Shown here: positions 62,934 through 64,000 of the stretch, piece after piece | Numbering within the stretch: position 1 is the first letter of the stretch | Layout of the letters: every line of letters starts with the position of its first letter | Source of the DNA: Octopus vulgaris | Taxonomy: Eukaryota | Reading direction: 5' to 3' | Assembly (NCBI GenBank): GCA_951406725.2 | Contig: OX597824.1 | Coordinates: 63,922,001 to 63,986,000 of the forward strand | DNA length: 64,000 nucleotides | Notes under the pieces: model-generated | What the model saw: only the letters and a program-made list of their open reading frames with translations | Databases searched by the model: none | Told to the model about the DNA's origin: nothing | Translations under genes and position numbers: made by a program

Positions 62934-64000
62934 GTATGTGTTATGAACACACAAAAGCTAAAAAGAGATGATCTCCGATGACGAAATACAACAGCAATCA
63001 GCATGTTCACGTTCGAATCTCCCAGAAAGAATGAATAAATATGTTAGTGATATAATTTTGTGACTATATAATATTTAAATACGTTAATGCTACAATAATT
63101 ATATAAGCTATTCGTAATTTTTATTTTATGTCTTATGTTTCTAGCCAGAAGCAAATACTTAGAGCCGTCTTCTTAACTCCAGAAATAAAAGGGATTGTTT
63201 GTTTGTTTGTTTTTTTATACTTAATCTCATGTTAATTCAGGAGAATTCTTGATTTCATAATTTAATCTTCCTTGATGGGTGTTCAATTGCTTTTCTCTTC
63301 AATCTCCACACGAAAATAGATGCAAAGAAGCAAAGATTTATCTTGTCTAATAGCTAGGCCACCATATGTTTGTGTGTGTGTGTATGTATGTGTGTGTGTG
63401 TGTGTGTGTGTGTTTGCGTGCGTGTGTGTGTGTATGTGTGCGTGTGTATATGTGTATGGGAAGTAAGACAGAAAATAAAAAAAGGAGGTGGTATGAGAAG
63501 AGAGGGCTATAACAGTATACCTGGGTAGATGGGGATGTATTTAACTGTTTCGAAGAGACAGATTACATTGTAATAGCAGCATGACACAGACAGACAGCAC
63601 ATCTATGAGGTAGTGGTGTAGCACTAGAAAAGGGGGTAGACAGAAGATAATATCTCTGTGAGATAATAGTGTAGCAGTGGTAGAAGAATTAGAGACGGGA
63701 AACAGTTTATCTTTGGATTCGTGATGTAATAGCGGAAGAAGAAACAGAGAGAGGAAGTTTACAGGTCAGTGGTGTTATAGCTATTGAAGAAACAGCACAT
63801 TTGTGGACCGGTGGTTGAAGTCTATAGACACAATTGGTCGAAAAACCATTGTGTATGAAACATCATCCCTTACATATGACTGGTACTGCAATGTAGACCG
63901 TAATTTGTCATGTAAATAGTTAGCAAATTGATCGAATCTGAAATATTTTCTGGTTCTGACTTAACTGTCCAGTATTTATAATGTCGCTTTGTCAACAAGT

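Overview
AT-rich, microsatellite-saturated animal (metazoan) genomic DNA. I found no host gene or exon I can support. The mix of tRNA-headed SINE families and the density of TA/CA/TATG/TAA repeats look like a coleoid cephalopod (Octopus-type) intron or intergenic region; this is inference from sequence style. The window is mostly decayed transposable elements. Non-LTR retrotransposons: two 5'-truncated R4/Dong-clade LINEs (RT + CCHC + PD-(D/E)xK nuclease), each sitting inside a (TAA)n tract, plus a third decayed fragment; RTE, L1/Tx1-like and CR1-group remnants; a decayed Penelope-like element (PLE). DNA transposons: a full-length IR/DR-type Tc1, a full-length mariner, two older mariners, MITEs, a Helitron Pif1-helicase fragment and a non-autonomous Helitron with two 5' ends. 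At least four SINE families are present. The most interesting signals are: (i) an apparent TAA-microsatellite niche, in which SINE (ATT)n tails seem to be targeted by Dong LINEs and by a ~550-bp non-coding TAA-tailed element; (ii) several minimal hammerhead-ribozyme-like motifs in PLE-type termini; (iii) large inverted repeats and hairpins; (iv) one SINE head joined to three different 3' bodies. Most of the supplied ORFs are microsatellite artefacts. Coordinates of decayed elements are approximate, and no database searches were run.
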